From positions 752,360 to 816,359 of the forward strand of contig NMRA01000064.1 of the NCBI GenBank assembly GCA_002633005.1: DNA of 64,000 nucleotides, written 5' to 3'. The position numbers and the translations under genes are program-made. Under the pieces are notes generated by a model. The model was not told where the DNA came from, searched no databases, and saw only the letters and a list, made by a program, of their open reading frames with translations. Shown here one piece after another: positions 13,986 through 26,603 of this stretch. Position 1 is the stretch's first letter; each line of letters begins with the position of its first letter. Source of the stretch: Phoronis australis (lineage: Eukaryota > Animalia > Phoronida).

Positions 13986-14758
13986 TGGCGGTGACGTCAC
14001 TTAAACATAATTTTTATGACGGTATTTTTTAAAATCAGCCCACCTGTATGCAAGCCTTTGAGCTCCGGAAATTCACGTGTGAGCTCATGGGCTTAATTTT
14101 GGATCCAGAAGGATAAAACGGAAAGTGTTAACTAGTACAATTTGATTATTTTCACATGCAATATGGTTTCAGCGAACTACTCGCTGGATAACTTGGCATA
14201 ACACTGACACGTGTCATGTTACGATCGTAGAACATTTTTACATGATGCTACAATAAAGTCTATCCTTCTGATGAGGTTTCAAAGCTGCATTTTGCCACTG
14301 TTTAGCTGTCAATGTTGAATTCTTAACCGAAACGCATTGGTCTTCAAAAACATTACGACGCTCACCCGGTCTTGAATGGTACCTAAATGGGCGGTAACTC
14401 AAGTCACAGGCCATGCGTTCTTGAGCCGTTATCGAAATCGCAATTTTTGAGTTGGCCAATCTCACGTTTTCTTGAATTGCTTCTGGTTTTGATGTTCTTG
14501 TTAGTAACAGACATCTTGGTAAGGAATACTATGAGACCACTTTCATGAGAGTAAAAGGCTCAATTCTTTCGTGTTTAGCCAGGGTGAAATACAGCTTTAA
14601 ATGGGAAGTGGAAAAAATAAATAAATTTTACTCTTTTTTGTGTTTGGAATTGCCCGCACTCAGTTATTAATTATATGACACAGTTAATGGGCTAACCTCA
14701 TTCTTAATGATGGAAACTTTCATCATAGCGAAAACTTCAGTTTGCCTGTGAGATGTAA

Positions 14759-14829
14759 CATGGGCGGCGCAGCACTGAAAAAAGTGGGGGGCTAAAGCCC
14801 CCCCAGCCCCCTATGGTGCGTCGCCCATG
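14759..14829. mobile_element. 71-bp hairpin MITE with perfect 5-bp TSD
   Basis: CATGGGCGGCGCA...TGCGTCGCCCATG flanked by TGTAA on both sides. Confidence 0.8.
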
Positions 14830-17442
14830 TGTAAGCGAGTTACAATCTCGGGGATTACAAATTTTTGCTTCGAGTACCTGAGACTCAAGGGAACCTTACA
14901 ATTGTTTTAACAATTGCAGCTCACTGTCATTTCAAAGCATCCGAAACATTTCATTAGACACTGCCATGGTACTATTTTTCAGACCAGGTTTCAGCACGTG
15001 TTGTCCACGACATCACATCTGAGCACCGGCCGAACTTCTCGGGCATTTTCGTAGCCTCAAATTATCTCAGATTTTTTTTTCGTGACGATTTTGTTTTTGC
15101 GTTGGGCTGTGTTACGTACCTGTCGAATTGATCGAATAATTTTATGATATGTGTCATGATGCAAAACGTATCACTGAAATTTTCTATTGATAACAACAAA
15201 TACCAGCGTGGCGAGAGAACACCTGAAACAATACTGCTTGCTTTGAAATGATTGTAAATATTTTATTTTGTACAGTTTTTATTGATTGTTCGAACTATTT
15301 TATTGTATTTGAGGAGAGTACTTTTGTAGACCATGCAGTCGGTTAGTACATTTACTGCACTGTTTCACGTGTCTAACTGACATTTTGTTGTACGTTGTCA
15401 GGAATCTTTTTTATTTTTATCCTCATATTAAAGGTGAGGGGACTAATTTAATACCTTGTGTTTCTTTTTCTTCAGTGTTTGACATGCACAATGGTGTTTA
15501 TCGACAGTGACGAACGTTCTACTGTATACTTAATACTCTCACCTGGGGAGCATTCAGTAGGGATAGACCACTCGCTAATAAATGCCACGGTGATCGCGTG
15601 CTGGTCGTACACGTGGCGGTATCCCGTGGAGATTTGCGTCTCTTCGTCAAACTCGCGAAATAGAAGAGAGGATATGAATACAAGAATCTACCGTTGATAA
15701 CGCATGCATGATGTTGTTAGCCAGCGGTAGCGCGGGTTATTTTTCTGACGCCCCAATCACATTTGTCTCACTCTGTCTTGGCATTCAGACCAAAAAGCAT
15801 GGCACCATTGTCTTGAAAAATTGGACATCACCTAACGCAATATTCTTTATAACTGGGCTTCATTTCTTCTGCTCCTCTTTCTTGCGAATTGTCTGTTTGT
15901 CTGAAAAATTTTGAGCATACTCCTGAAATGTCGTCGATTTCCATGGAGTTTTTGGTGAGTCGATTCGTGGACGAGCCGGTCTCGCCACCTGGGCTGAGTT
16001 GCATAAAGCTTCAAAAGTTATCCGCAGGATCAGTTTGATTGTTGCATGACGTCAGGTGCATTGCTCAACAATAACAACGTGACGCGAGATAATGCGACGT
16101 CTCTGTTGCTATACGGCGTATAACTTTTTTGCAACTGGGTCCTGGTGACTGACTGGCAACGTGTGAAGAATCGCACTCTACCGGTGACGAACTCATAGTC
16201 TCAAACTTCAATAAAGGTCATTTATTAACACCCGCTCGCTTCGACATTGACAATCTCTTGTTTCACGAATTGATGTGACTCTGGTTTCTTTATTGTTTTC
16301 CAACACAACTATTTAGAGTATAATCTCGCTCAGAATGTATTTTAGTGAGTCAAAGAAGACTTCTATTCTCACTGAAATTTTAGCTTTCTCAAACCAGTGA
16401 ACTGTAGGGCCGGAGACCAATGTTGCTTGGGCAGTGAACGGACAACGGTGAGGTATTTTCCGCAGTGAAATACACTAGCCAATCGCGGGGGTCGAACTTA
16501 GCTAATCAAGTAAGCGCACACGTTACCCGGATGGTAAACTTTATATACCGCGGGTATAATGTAATGTAAGAAGTGCACCGAACGACGTGCACGTTTAGTG
16601 ACTTAAATGTTTTAAACTAAACCAAGATTCCTTGCAAAAACCCAATGGCGGACATTTTCAAAACTGGAACTCATGCTCATTACAAATAATATTTTGTCAA
16701 TTTTAGCATTATATAACGTTATCTTTCCGGAACACTTCGTGCATTATCAAAGCCTCAAATTTCCCTTCGGAAGTGTTTCATGTCTGGCAAGGGAAATTTA
16801 AGGCTACGAACATAATACCCGAGGTGGTCCGGATGGATTTCTTGTGTGCATGTAAAAAATCTATTATTTATATAATGAACTGTCATTCCTTTCCAGAGAC
16901 TTTTAAGTCTCTTGATCTTCTACGCGTACATGTAGTTACGGCGAAAAGGACAAATCAAATCAATATTTCTTGCATATATTTGTATTAATAGACTGTGCGC
17001 ATGTACAAGTGCAACCGTGAGAAGCGACAAATCACGAGTAGTTTAGGCATAGGGCTAGAGCTCTATGGTTTAAGGAACAACGACAAGAATGTAGACCTGC
17101 TTTCGACATGTCTTTCTTTTCTTAGCAAAACATGAACTTGTCTTAGACTGTTGAAATAAAACGCATTCTCCTACCGGTCCGACCGTTCAAGCATCTCTCT
17201 TTCATTGCTGAATCCGTCTTGAAGTTTAAAATAATTCGAAATTTCTTTCTCTGAGTGAGATGGACGTTCCTTGTTACGATAGAACTGTAAGATTAAGAAG
17301 ACACCACACCACACCAAGCTACTACGTCAATCAAAAAACAGTCACTGTCCCTGTATTCAAGCATTTTCGACCTCTGTTTCATTTCACAATAATGAGGGAA
17401 AACTTCACAAACGTTCTGCCCTTTCCACTCATTTCAAACTCG

Positions 17443-17763
17443 TTATTCTTCCGAACTGTACAACTGTTTCCAAATACCAAATCCAGACTTTCCCACCGCC
17501 AATGCACAAGTATCAATTGTTCCTGAAGAAAGCTCGCATGTTCGTGTGTTCGAATTGTAGTTGAACGATTTGCAGGAGGCATAGGTGGTAGTACACAAGA
17601 TGGCGCACTGAGTAGGAGAACAGTTTTGATGAGAAAACGAAACACAATCCAGACCACTGTCGTCATGAGTTTTTTGAAAAAGCTTGTCCCTGTAACGTGC
17701 TGCAGTGATAGCGTTACTGTAAAAAAATATGATGAAGCACGCGCAGTAGACATTCATCGCCAT
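17443..17763 (-). CDS. Small secreted PAN/apple-domain protein (106 aa, apparently single coding exon)
   Basis: MAMNVYCACFIIFFYSNAITA signal-like start; SPTQCAILC....SCKSFNYNSNTRTCELS is the PAN CxxxC..CxSFxY..CxL motif. Confidence 0.8.
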   Translation of the reverse strand: MAMNVYCACFIIFFYSNAITAARYRDKLFQKTHDDSGLDCVSFSHQNCSPTQCAILCTTTYASCKSFNYNSNTRTCELSSGTIDTCALAVGKSGFGIWKQLYSSEE

Positions 17764-19719
17764 GGTTGACAACTGGAGTCGGAACGCCAAACATGGTTTC
17801 CGAGTTCCTGTGCGCAGTTTTAAGTCATTCACAGGGAGTGGAAACGATTCCATGGTCTCGCCTCTCAGCTTCGAAGCACTTACCTTAGCTGAAATACCAG
17901 CAAGCATCAAACATCAAATTCGCGGTTTAAATCTATACCTGCGCGCTCCGAACTGCACACATGCACCAAATTACAACCTTAAATCCATGCACGGGATCTA
18001 ATTCCAGACCCAGCATGACTTCGGGTTATCGAATTTTGTTCACTACTAGGAGTTAAGTCATCTTATACGGACCAGAAAGCTTCAAACATTAAATTCACGG
18101 TTCTAATTCCATACCGACGCCCGTAAACTGCACACAGGCACCGAACAAACTCCGTACAAGATGACCAAACATTCCTACCATGGACCAAACTTGATAACCC
18201 CAAGACATGGTTCGGGCCTGGAGGTCCCCTGATAAGGAGTTGTGTTGGATCACAGAGTTTGTCCGGTGTGTGAGTGGAGTTTAGGGTGGCAGATACAGAA
18301 CTGGAATCACGAATATTTGGTGTTTGGCGCGTTCTGGCCGGGGGTGGGGTTCACGAGATCGAAGCTCCTGGAATTTAGAGGCACGGCCATAGACTTGTTT
18401 CCACACCCTGATTTATAAGCAATGTATGTGCGTTCATTCAATGGCCTTAAAAAAAAAAGAAATGCGGTATTTAGTTAACCATTAACCCAATTTTAAGAAA
18501 TTAGTTACACTTAACAAACCTTCCTGGAGATTCTTTGTATTGGAAACCATGAACGGATTGCGTGGCGGGGTAATAAAGATCTCGCGATTTTCATAACGAA
18601 TAGACGAAGTTTTAATAGCAACCTCGATCAAACATCTATCCGAATATCAAATCGTTCGAAATCAAGAATTGTGTTCAATCGATATGAGGAAATGATAGCA
18701 ATTAAAGCACAACTTTACTTCTTCACAAACCAACTGACGATGAACTGCGTTAAACGCTGTTGCGATTTGTGTGAAAATATAAGAAGTGTAATGTCACCCC
18801 CGCGAATAAAACAATGAAGATAAATTAAAGATAAAATCGGTAAAATCGCGTGAAATAGGTACAAACCAGTGTTCTCTTCACATATAACAAACTGTAAAGC
18901 TATATAAAAAGTGAAACGTCTCCATCTATTAATAAAGCAGCTGAAACAAAGACAAAAACGATGAAATCCAGCATTTCCGATTGCAGTGTGTCTTTGGAAA
19001 AACGTATTCGAAAATTTGTGTATTTTATTTTCAATCTTCATTAAGGAAAATATGTGGTATGCGCTCCTGGGAGACGATTTATCTTTGTCAGTGATTACAT
19101 TACCATAGCAAAGATTTGTGTTTTACTTGTAACATAGTAACCCCTCTCTGGCATAGAATGAGCCATATATTAAATATTTTCTATATCGCGCGTGTAAAGT
19201 CATAAACATTATTATTCCTTTTACTCGGCATCGTAAGTAGTTACATTTTAACAGATTTCCCAATGCATCTTTTTTGTCAAAACTTACACTTTTTGTGTCA
19301 GACGTAACCAGTAAACATTTTTTGAATGTTCATTATGGAGTAGTCAGTACAATAAATATAGACCCAGAAAGCACCAAGAGGCATTGTATCTGGGCTGAAC
19401 TGTACAACACAAAGAAATCTGTATACAATTATATACAAATATTAAAATTGATAAACTGATGTTAAAATTACAATGATATGTTTTAATTATAAGTATGATA
19501 ACGAATATAAATAAATAATTTTCTTACACAATAAGATATTTCAGTCAAAGTGATGATATGTATACGATGTTATGGACTCAAACAGAGATGTAATATTAAA
19601 AGAAATTTTATACTTTTTTCAAATAAAACCTTATTTTCATTTAAGTCGAATTCTTTACACCCATTTAGAAAAAAATTAATTTTGTTATAAATTTGAGGAT
19701 AATTTGAATATTTTTGTAA

Positions 19720-22590
19720 ACATTGGGGGTATTGTTCGAGTGTCTGAAAAGCTGTGCCCTCTGCATGGAATTGAGATGACGAGAGACGATTCTAATTGGA
19801 TTAATTATTTTTTGTACTTTATGAACGAGTTCGCGACAGTGAGGAGTAAATGTAAGCTTATGGTCTAGTAGTAAGCCAAGGTGTTTAGGTGGAACTGAAC
19901 AGTTAGGCTGTGGCTGCGGCCAATTTGCACTCCTAAAATATTAAAATCTAGGCCAGGCTTGGGTGCATTTTTTATTTAGATATTGTATGTAGGCCAAGTG
20001 AATGTGGTTTGTTTGCATTTGTGAGCATGTTGAGAATGAAAAAAGCCACTTTCTCGGCTGTAGCTGTACTCTTCTTCAAGATGGTGGCCCCCCTGTTGCA
20101 ATTGTGCATTGGTGTGTAGCAACTGAGAAATTGGCCACGATTTCAGGTAGCCCTCAAACAAGCCAGATTTTCAACAAAAAAAACTAGTTGCTTGACAGTA
20201 CTTTTGGACCGCATTTTTGGAATAGGTAGGAAATTTGCTTTCAGAATCTAATGTTGGCTTTAGTCGAGCATAGGCAAGGAAGTGGTGGTTTTGGGGTGAA
20301 ATGTGCTGATTTTGCGTTTTTTTGCCCCTATTGTTCTTAGTCTAGCTTGGTTTTCAGTGGGAGTGAAAGGGTCAAAATACAAGAGATAATAAAGTTTCTG
20401 AGCTCATCTGTAGGGCTTGTGATGAGAAATGACTAAAAACTGTTCTTTATTTGAATGCTGTTTTTGACAGAGTCAAGAAAGGGTGAAGAGTCCATTGACG
20501 TATGTTCTGATGGGCAAACCCCTGTGAGAACTGTTCAGTGCCCCCTTATGTGTGTGCTTTTTTGGGAATGACTTCCCCACTGAGTGATAGGTCCATCATT
20601 GGATTTGTTTGGAAATGAGTGCTATTAGACTTAGAAAATATAAGATCAACACCTTTTTCAGTTTTAAATTTCATATCCCATTGGTGAGACCAGTCGTAGA
20701 GTTTGTTCAGAACAATTTTTAATTGTAAGGAGTCATGGGGATGCTGTTTAGAGAACCGGTAGAAAATTGCAGTGTCACCAGCAATTAAGAATGTTTTAGA
20801 ATTAATTGTATCTGGAAGATTGTTAATGTAAGGGGCCTAGTACGCTACCCTGTGGTACTCCAGCATTTACAAAACCTGCCGTTGATGAGGATGAGAAGAC
20901 ACCCTGAATTCGGACTTTGTAAGTTCGGCATTCCAGATATGATTTGGAAACTAAGAGGAGAGTGCTTGAGAAACCGTAGGATTGTAATTTATGTAGAAGC
21001 AGGTCATGGGGAACGACATCAAAAGCTGACGCAATGTCTAAAAATACGGATTTCACGTTGTACCCTTGGTCAAACTGGAGCTGGATTTCATGTAAAATTT
21101 TTGTAAGTTGGGACACGGTGCTGTTGCCAGGTATGGGTCCAAATTGGCGACGATAGATGAGGTTTTGTGATGAGAGGTGATCAAACATATGTTTAGAAAT
21201 ATTTTTTTCTAAAATTTTGGATAAGGTGTTAAGACGTGTTATGGGGCGATAGTTGGCAGTGTCTGTTTTGGAGTCCTTTCTGTGTATTGGTATCATAACA
21301 CCAAGTTTCCAGTCCAATGGAAATTTTCCAGATTGTAGTATCTTGTTGCATAATGTTGTCAGAGGAACTGTAAGCTCTCTTGCTATTATCTTGACCATCT
21401 TATTAGTAATTAGATCGGTACCGTCGTTTTTGTTTTAGTCGATGTTTTCTAGCCAAGTTTTCGGATTTCAGGTAGTTGGGCTTGCGTTTCAGAGAGGTGT
21501 TCTACTGTTCTGTTTGAGAATTCGAGAAAGTTTGTTGTCGGTGCAATGTGAGTCTTGGCGATGATGCATCCTAGAAATAGCTTACTTTTTTCAGCTTTGG
21601 ATGACACCTGAGTATTAGCGTCCTTTGAGTGTATGGTGGGGTATGTTCTTTGTAACGTTCAAACGTGCACGGGTTATTTGATTTTCTTAACGATCTGTAC
21701 AGTTTATTGTTTATTTCTTTTATATATTTCAAGCCTAATTTTGTTGTTAAACGGCAGTTTGTTTTTTTATTGTTTTCATGGTTAAGGAGATATTATTCTT
21801 TAATAGGTTGTAGAGTGACTGTGGGAATGTTGAGACTGCTTCATTTATGTCACTTTTATTTAGTATTTCAGTCCAGTTAAATGTATGACGGTTCGTAGTT
21901 TGTCTATGTTAATGAAGTTGTAATTAAAAATCTTTTTGATAATGTCGGGTTCCTTAGGTCCGCAGCTGAGTGTGAATGTTGTTTCTATAACGTGGTGGTC
22001 TGAGTTACGAATGGGAGGTCTAACAGAAGTAGATTCAATTAAACGCGTCGGCTCATTTGCTAGTTGTATGTAGTCATTTGAGAGGAGAATATCGAGACCG
22101 GCTTGGTTGTCATTGTCATCTGAGTAACGAATACTATTTCTTGCGTTGAAATCCCCGTTGATAACAATTCCTTTATTGGTTTGTGAGAGTGGGACATCTG
22201 TACGGGTGAGCAATAACAAAAAACATAACACATTTTCTTGTGTTTGGCATAAAGTTCAATCCAAAAGTTATTCATTGATGGTATATAATTTTATTATCAA
22301 CAGTTTTGTAGTTTACGGAGTTGTGGAAAAACAAGACCAACCCTCTCATGACGTTAGTGCGATAGGCAATGTTGTATTCTGGAATAATATGAGAACCAAG
22401 GTGGTCTTCAGACAGCGTTCCGGATTCACATATGGCTACGACCATGTAACTGTTGTCTATAATGAATTGCTTGGGAAGTTCAAATCCTGAAAGATTGCTC
22501 GCCTTGATGCTGTTGATGTTAGCAGGCCTAAGCATTTTTACTGTAGACTCGTTTATCGTGAGCAAAGATATTACATAATTACCCAAACTA
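19720..22590 (-). mobile_element. Decayed CR1/L2-type LINE ORF2 (APE endonuclease + RT), frameshifted and interrupted
   Basis: NINSIK, ICES, GDFNAR, SDHHVI (endonuclease); NYRPITRL, FLDIASAFDVVPH, GVPQGSVLGP, degenerate IAGDT, KHLGLLLDHKLTF (RT and downstream region). Confidence 0.9.
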
Positions 22591-25131
22591 TAATATTATT
22601 AGTATTTTCGAAGCTTCAAATTAATATAATATAAATAAATGTACTTGCATCATTTAAACTACTTGCTACGTAGTTACGCCAATAACATAAAATGGTATAA
22701 AATAAAACAAACATTTTGAACTTTACTAGTATTTACTTATCCTTTTCATCTATTTCTGGGCGTTTCCATCTTACTAAATCGAAGTTAGATTAACACCCTA
22801 CTCTATTCTAAACAATCTCGCCCCTAAAAGGAGCTCGCTTTACAATGCGCATGCGTTTGCCAACACGCTGAAACTGGGCAAACAACCACCAACAATACGA
22901 ACACGTATTTTGACCCCAGGCAAAAATGACTGGACGTTAGGCATCTAATTACGAATAACGCTACAACAATGTTAACACCCGAGCATAGAAGTTCTATGCA
23001 TCTGAATGAATGCGGGAATACTAGAGTGCCTCTTACATTTTTCCTTTTCTTCTGAGCATTTTGTGAAGCAACTCTTTGTACGTGCTTATGACACCGAGAT
23101 GGTTTGGTATTGGACTACGCAAATGAAACGCTACACTTATTTGCCTACGTGCCTACAAATATAGATGGACAGATAATGTTTTTGTAGCATACAAGTGTTT
23201 GTTTTGTTATCAAGTCCCCATGAAAAGCTCTTTTGCCAAGGGCTGAGAATTACTCAAATTCGCCGTGTGCAGCGGATTAATACATTAATTTTCGGGAAAG
23301 ACGTTGGACCGAATTTTAAAATACGGTATGTTTTGAGGTTTTCTCTCGCCAATTTAGAATGTACAATTTTGCTAGAACAATACGTTCTGCACTGTTTTCT
23401 CCGACTGGTCTTTTTTCGGTGTGCCAAATGTTCGTTACCTCTTTCCCATCTCCTTTTATCCTTATAGGAGCAGCTAGAGGTCAACAAACAGTTGCACGAA
23501 CGTGGTCTTATCTAAACCAATTGGCTGTTTAAGGTTACTTGTATGTAGGACCTCAGAAAATGATCAAATTTGGCAAACTTTGGAACAACACATCTCAGAA
23601 ATGGCGAATCGGATTCATATGAGACTATGTGTTATGCACTGTTCTCCAAATCGATGTGTGAAGTGCTTTTAAAATGTTTTTGCTAAGGACTATCAAAAAT
23701 AGGACTTTTTATTTTCTTTCATAAAAATCGCAAAAGTGCACAAAATGAAAACGAAAAAATAATTTAGCGTATTAGACATTCATATTTAACACTCATATTC
23801 AACAAAATTTCGCCACGTTATTGATACCGTTGTTCTGTTACAGATGTACCTTCCTTTTTATTATTTTAATAAAGAGGCACGTTTACGTGACACCGTTAAT
23901 ATCAGACTGGTAAAAAGTAAAAAATCGAGCTCTATTAACTTTCTACTTTCAGAAAATAATTTTTTATCCGTTAAATTCTAAAGTTTATGGTTATTTAACT
24001 AAAAACATAGACTTATCGACAAGGTCTTATTTAAGAGGCATTGAACGAGAAAGCTCGTCAAAATATCTTTTAAACAATTCCTGACGAAGGTACCATCTCG
24101 CAACTTCTAGTACAACGTAATTCACTTTCCCCTGTTAGGAAATTTCCCGAAAAAAATCTGCAGTTACCATAGAATTTCTAATCTCCCTCCCACTCCCGCA
24201 TTTTTGGATTTATTTTTGGGTTGTATAGATTTCTTGAATTTAATAACTTTGACTTGAGCTAAAAACATCAAAATTTGTAGTGTTTTTATGATTTTATTAG
24301 ACGTTTTTAACTTCCAGTCATTCGGTAGAAATAAAGTCAAACTCGACATCAGTTCCAAATAACGCTTAGAGTCTTTCAACCACCAGCTAGTTTCACGCTC
24401 ATCCATGTTGCATGAATTTGAGGCCTCGCCTCGCCTTGTTGATGTTTGTGCATAATTTTGGTAATTGATTTACTCTAACTAAATTATAATCATCGAATTC
24501 TGAAATGAGCAAGAACTCTGCCGACTGATCCCCTGCGACGTTATACACTTCAGTGATGTGAGAGCACGAAAGCTTCTTTCGCTTGACTCAATATCTAATT
24601 GAAACCTTGGATGCACAAAGCTATAAAACTTATCCGCTGGATAACTTTTATGCATGGCATCAAAATGAGCGCATTGTTCAACATTAGCAACGTGGCGCGA
24701 GATGATGTGATGTCGTTCTTGGTATCCAGTGTTTAACGTTTATGCAGCCGGGCTGTGGTGTGCAAGACAGGCCGATCTGATTGGAACGAAACGCATTTTC
24801 TTTCATTCACGGACATTTTGAGACTTTTTCGTGTGAATCATATGATTACCCCACAGCACACCAGTTTCAGTTTGACGGTCGCAAAGAATTTAGGAAAACG
24901 GTTGGAAATCTCAGTACGTAACTGAACGCTCCATAGGGTGTGTTTACAGGTGCCAGTGCAGTGTCCGTGGTCCAGAATCTTCTTTTTTGGGTGCATACGT
25001 CGTGTTTTGTGAATTCGGGTACCGTTTTTGTGTAAGCAAACTGAGTTTATAGATCCGTGAGCGGAGTTCATGAGTGCAGAGCTACGTTCAGGAGTTCGTG
25101 AGCCGCGTTGTTCGGATAACTCGTGTTTGAT

Positions 25132-26603
25132 TAGCTAGCCAGCTCACTGTATAAGACTATCGTCAAAATACAGCTAGGTACCACTGTGTGTAGCCTTGGT
25201 ACAAAGCTGTGGGTAAAAAAGTGGTAAGATAAAATCTGACACAAAATTAGTGTCGTTAAAAACTACAGTCTTCCTTGAGTAAACAAAATTATTTAACAGT
25301 GTTGGAAAAAATGGCGTTCTACCGTTATTCTGCTGCTAAAGTTGTGGAGCGATCTTCAGCGACGGCTTTCGGCGCCATGAAATATTGCGTCAACTATTGG
25401 CCAGTTTCTTTTTTCGCCGATTCTTCAATCAACTGCTGTTCTTTCACGAGCTTGCGTACACGTCACAACAAATTATTGGAACTGGTTTCACTTCATTACA
25501 AGTTTTTAGAATTTTGATACCGAAAAACCGAATTTCAGAACAAATTTTGCTTCTCCGAAGTTGTCGCGAAAATTTAGGAAATGGCGCGTGCGCGTGACAC
25601 GACGACATACTTTTCACTGTTAGAAAAGGCGGAGAGTTATGCAAGAAAATGACGTTTATTGCATTGTTTTTCACTTAAACGGTTGTAACGGGCAAGGTGA
25701 GTATCGGTTGATTTCCAGATTTTGCATGCACCCCGGTTTTTAGCTCTACATTTTGATACAAGTTTCACGGCGCGGTGACGAGCAGAACTACCCTGGCTGC
25801 GTACAATTTCGGGGACTACGGAAGAAATACACACAGTGATACCTAGCTGTATTTTGACGACAGTCTTCATACAGCTAGCTGGCTGGCTACGCTGTGTGTT
25901 AATCTTCCAAAAACCCCGAAACTGCACACAGCCAGGGTAGTTCTCGACACCTCGCCGTGAAACCTGTATCAACATGTAGAGCTAAAGACCGGACAGGGTG
26001 CATGCAAAATCTGGGAATCAAACGACGCTCACCTTGCCCGTTACAGCCGTTTATGTGGAAAACAATCTAATAAACGTCATTTTCTTGCGTAATCCTCTAC
26101 CTTTTCTAACAAAAAAAGTTAATGTCGTCGTTTTGAAAACAATACGCTCGTGACACGCGCACGCGCCATTTCCTAAATTTTTACGACATCTCTCGGGAGA
26201 TGATATCTTGGCAGCAGCAAAATTTCTTCTGAAATTCGGTTTTTCGGTATCAAAATTCTAAAAACTTATAATGAAGTGATATCAGTTGCGATAATTTGTT
26301 GTGAAGTCTACGCAACCTCGTGAAAGAACAGCAGTTGACTGAAGAATCGGCGTAAAAAGAAACTGGCCAATAGGTGACGCAATATTTCATGGCGCCGAAA
26401 GCCGACGCATATCGCTCCACAACTTTAGCTGCAGAATAACGATGGAACGCCATTTTTTCCAACGCCGGTAAATAATTTAGTGTACTCAAGGAAGGGTGTA
26501 ATTTTTAATGAGACAAAATTTTGTGTCAGATTTTATGTGGTCAGTTTTTTACCCACATCGGCGCAAAGCTGTATATTTAGTATACAGCTTTGTACCAAGG
26601 CTA
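25132..26603 (+). mobile_element. Non-autonomous DNA transposon, outer copy (TAGC..GGCTA termini, 9-bp TSD), split by an antisense copy of itself
   Basis: Flanks GTGTTTGAT (25123-25131) / GTGTCTGAT (26604-26612); 25132-25190 plus 25899-26603 is the reverse complement of the inner copy. Confidence 0.8.
25191..25889 (-). mobile_element. Non-autonomous DNA transposon, inner copy (TAGCC..GGCTA termini, 9-bp TSD)
   Basis: Flanks CACTGTGTG (25182-25190) / CGCTGTGTG (25890-25898); ORFs 25275+ and 26489- translate almost identically. Confidence 0.8.

Noticed and set aside
17764-17910. N-terminal extension of the PAN ORF given in the ORF track
   Set aside because: The signal-like segment begins at Met 17763; the upstream part overlaps repeat-like sequence
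25275-26489. Pair of similar 80-aa ORFs on opposite strands
   Set aside because: By-product of the self-nested transposon palindrome; no recognisable motifs
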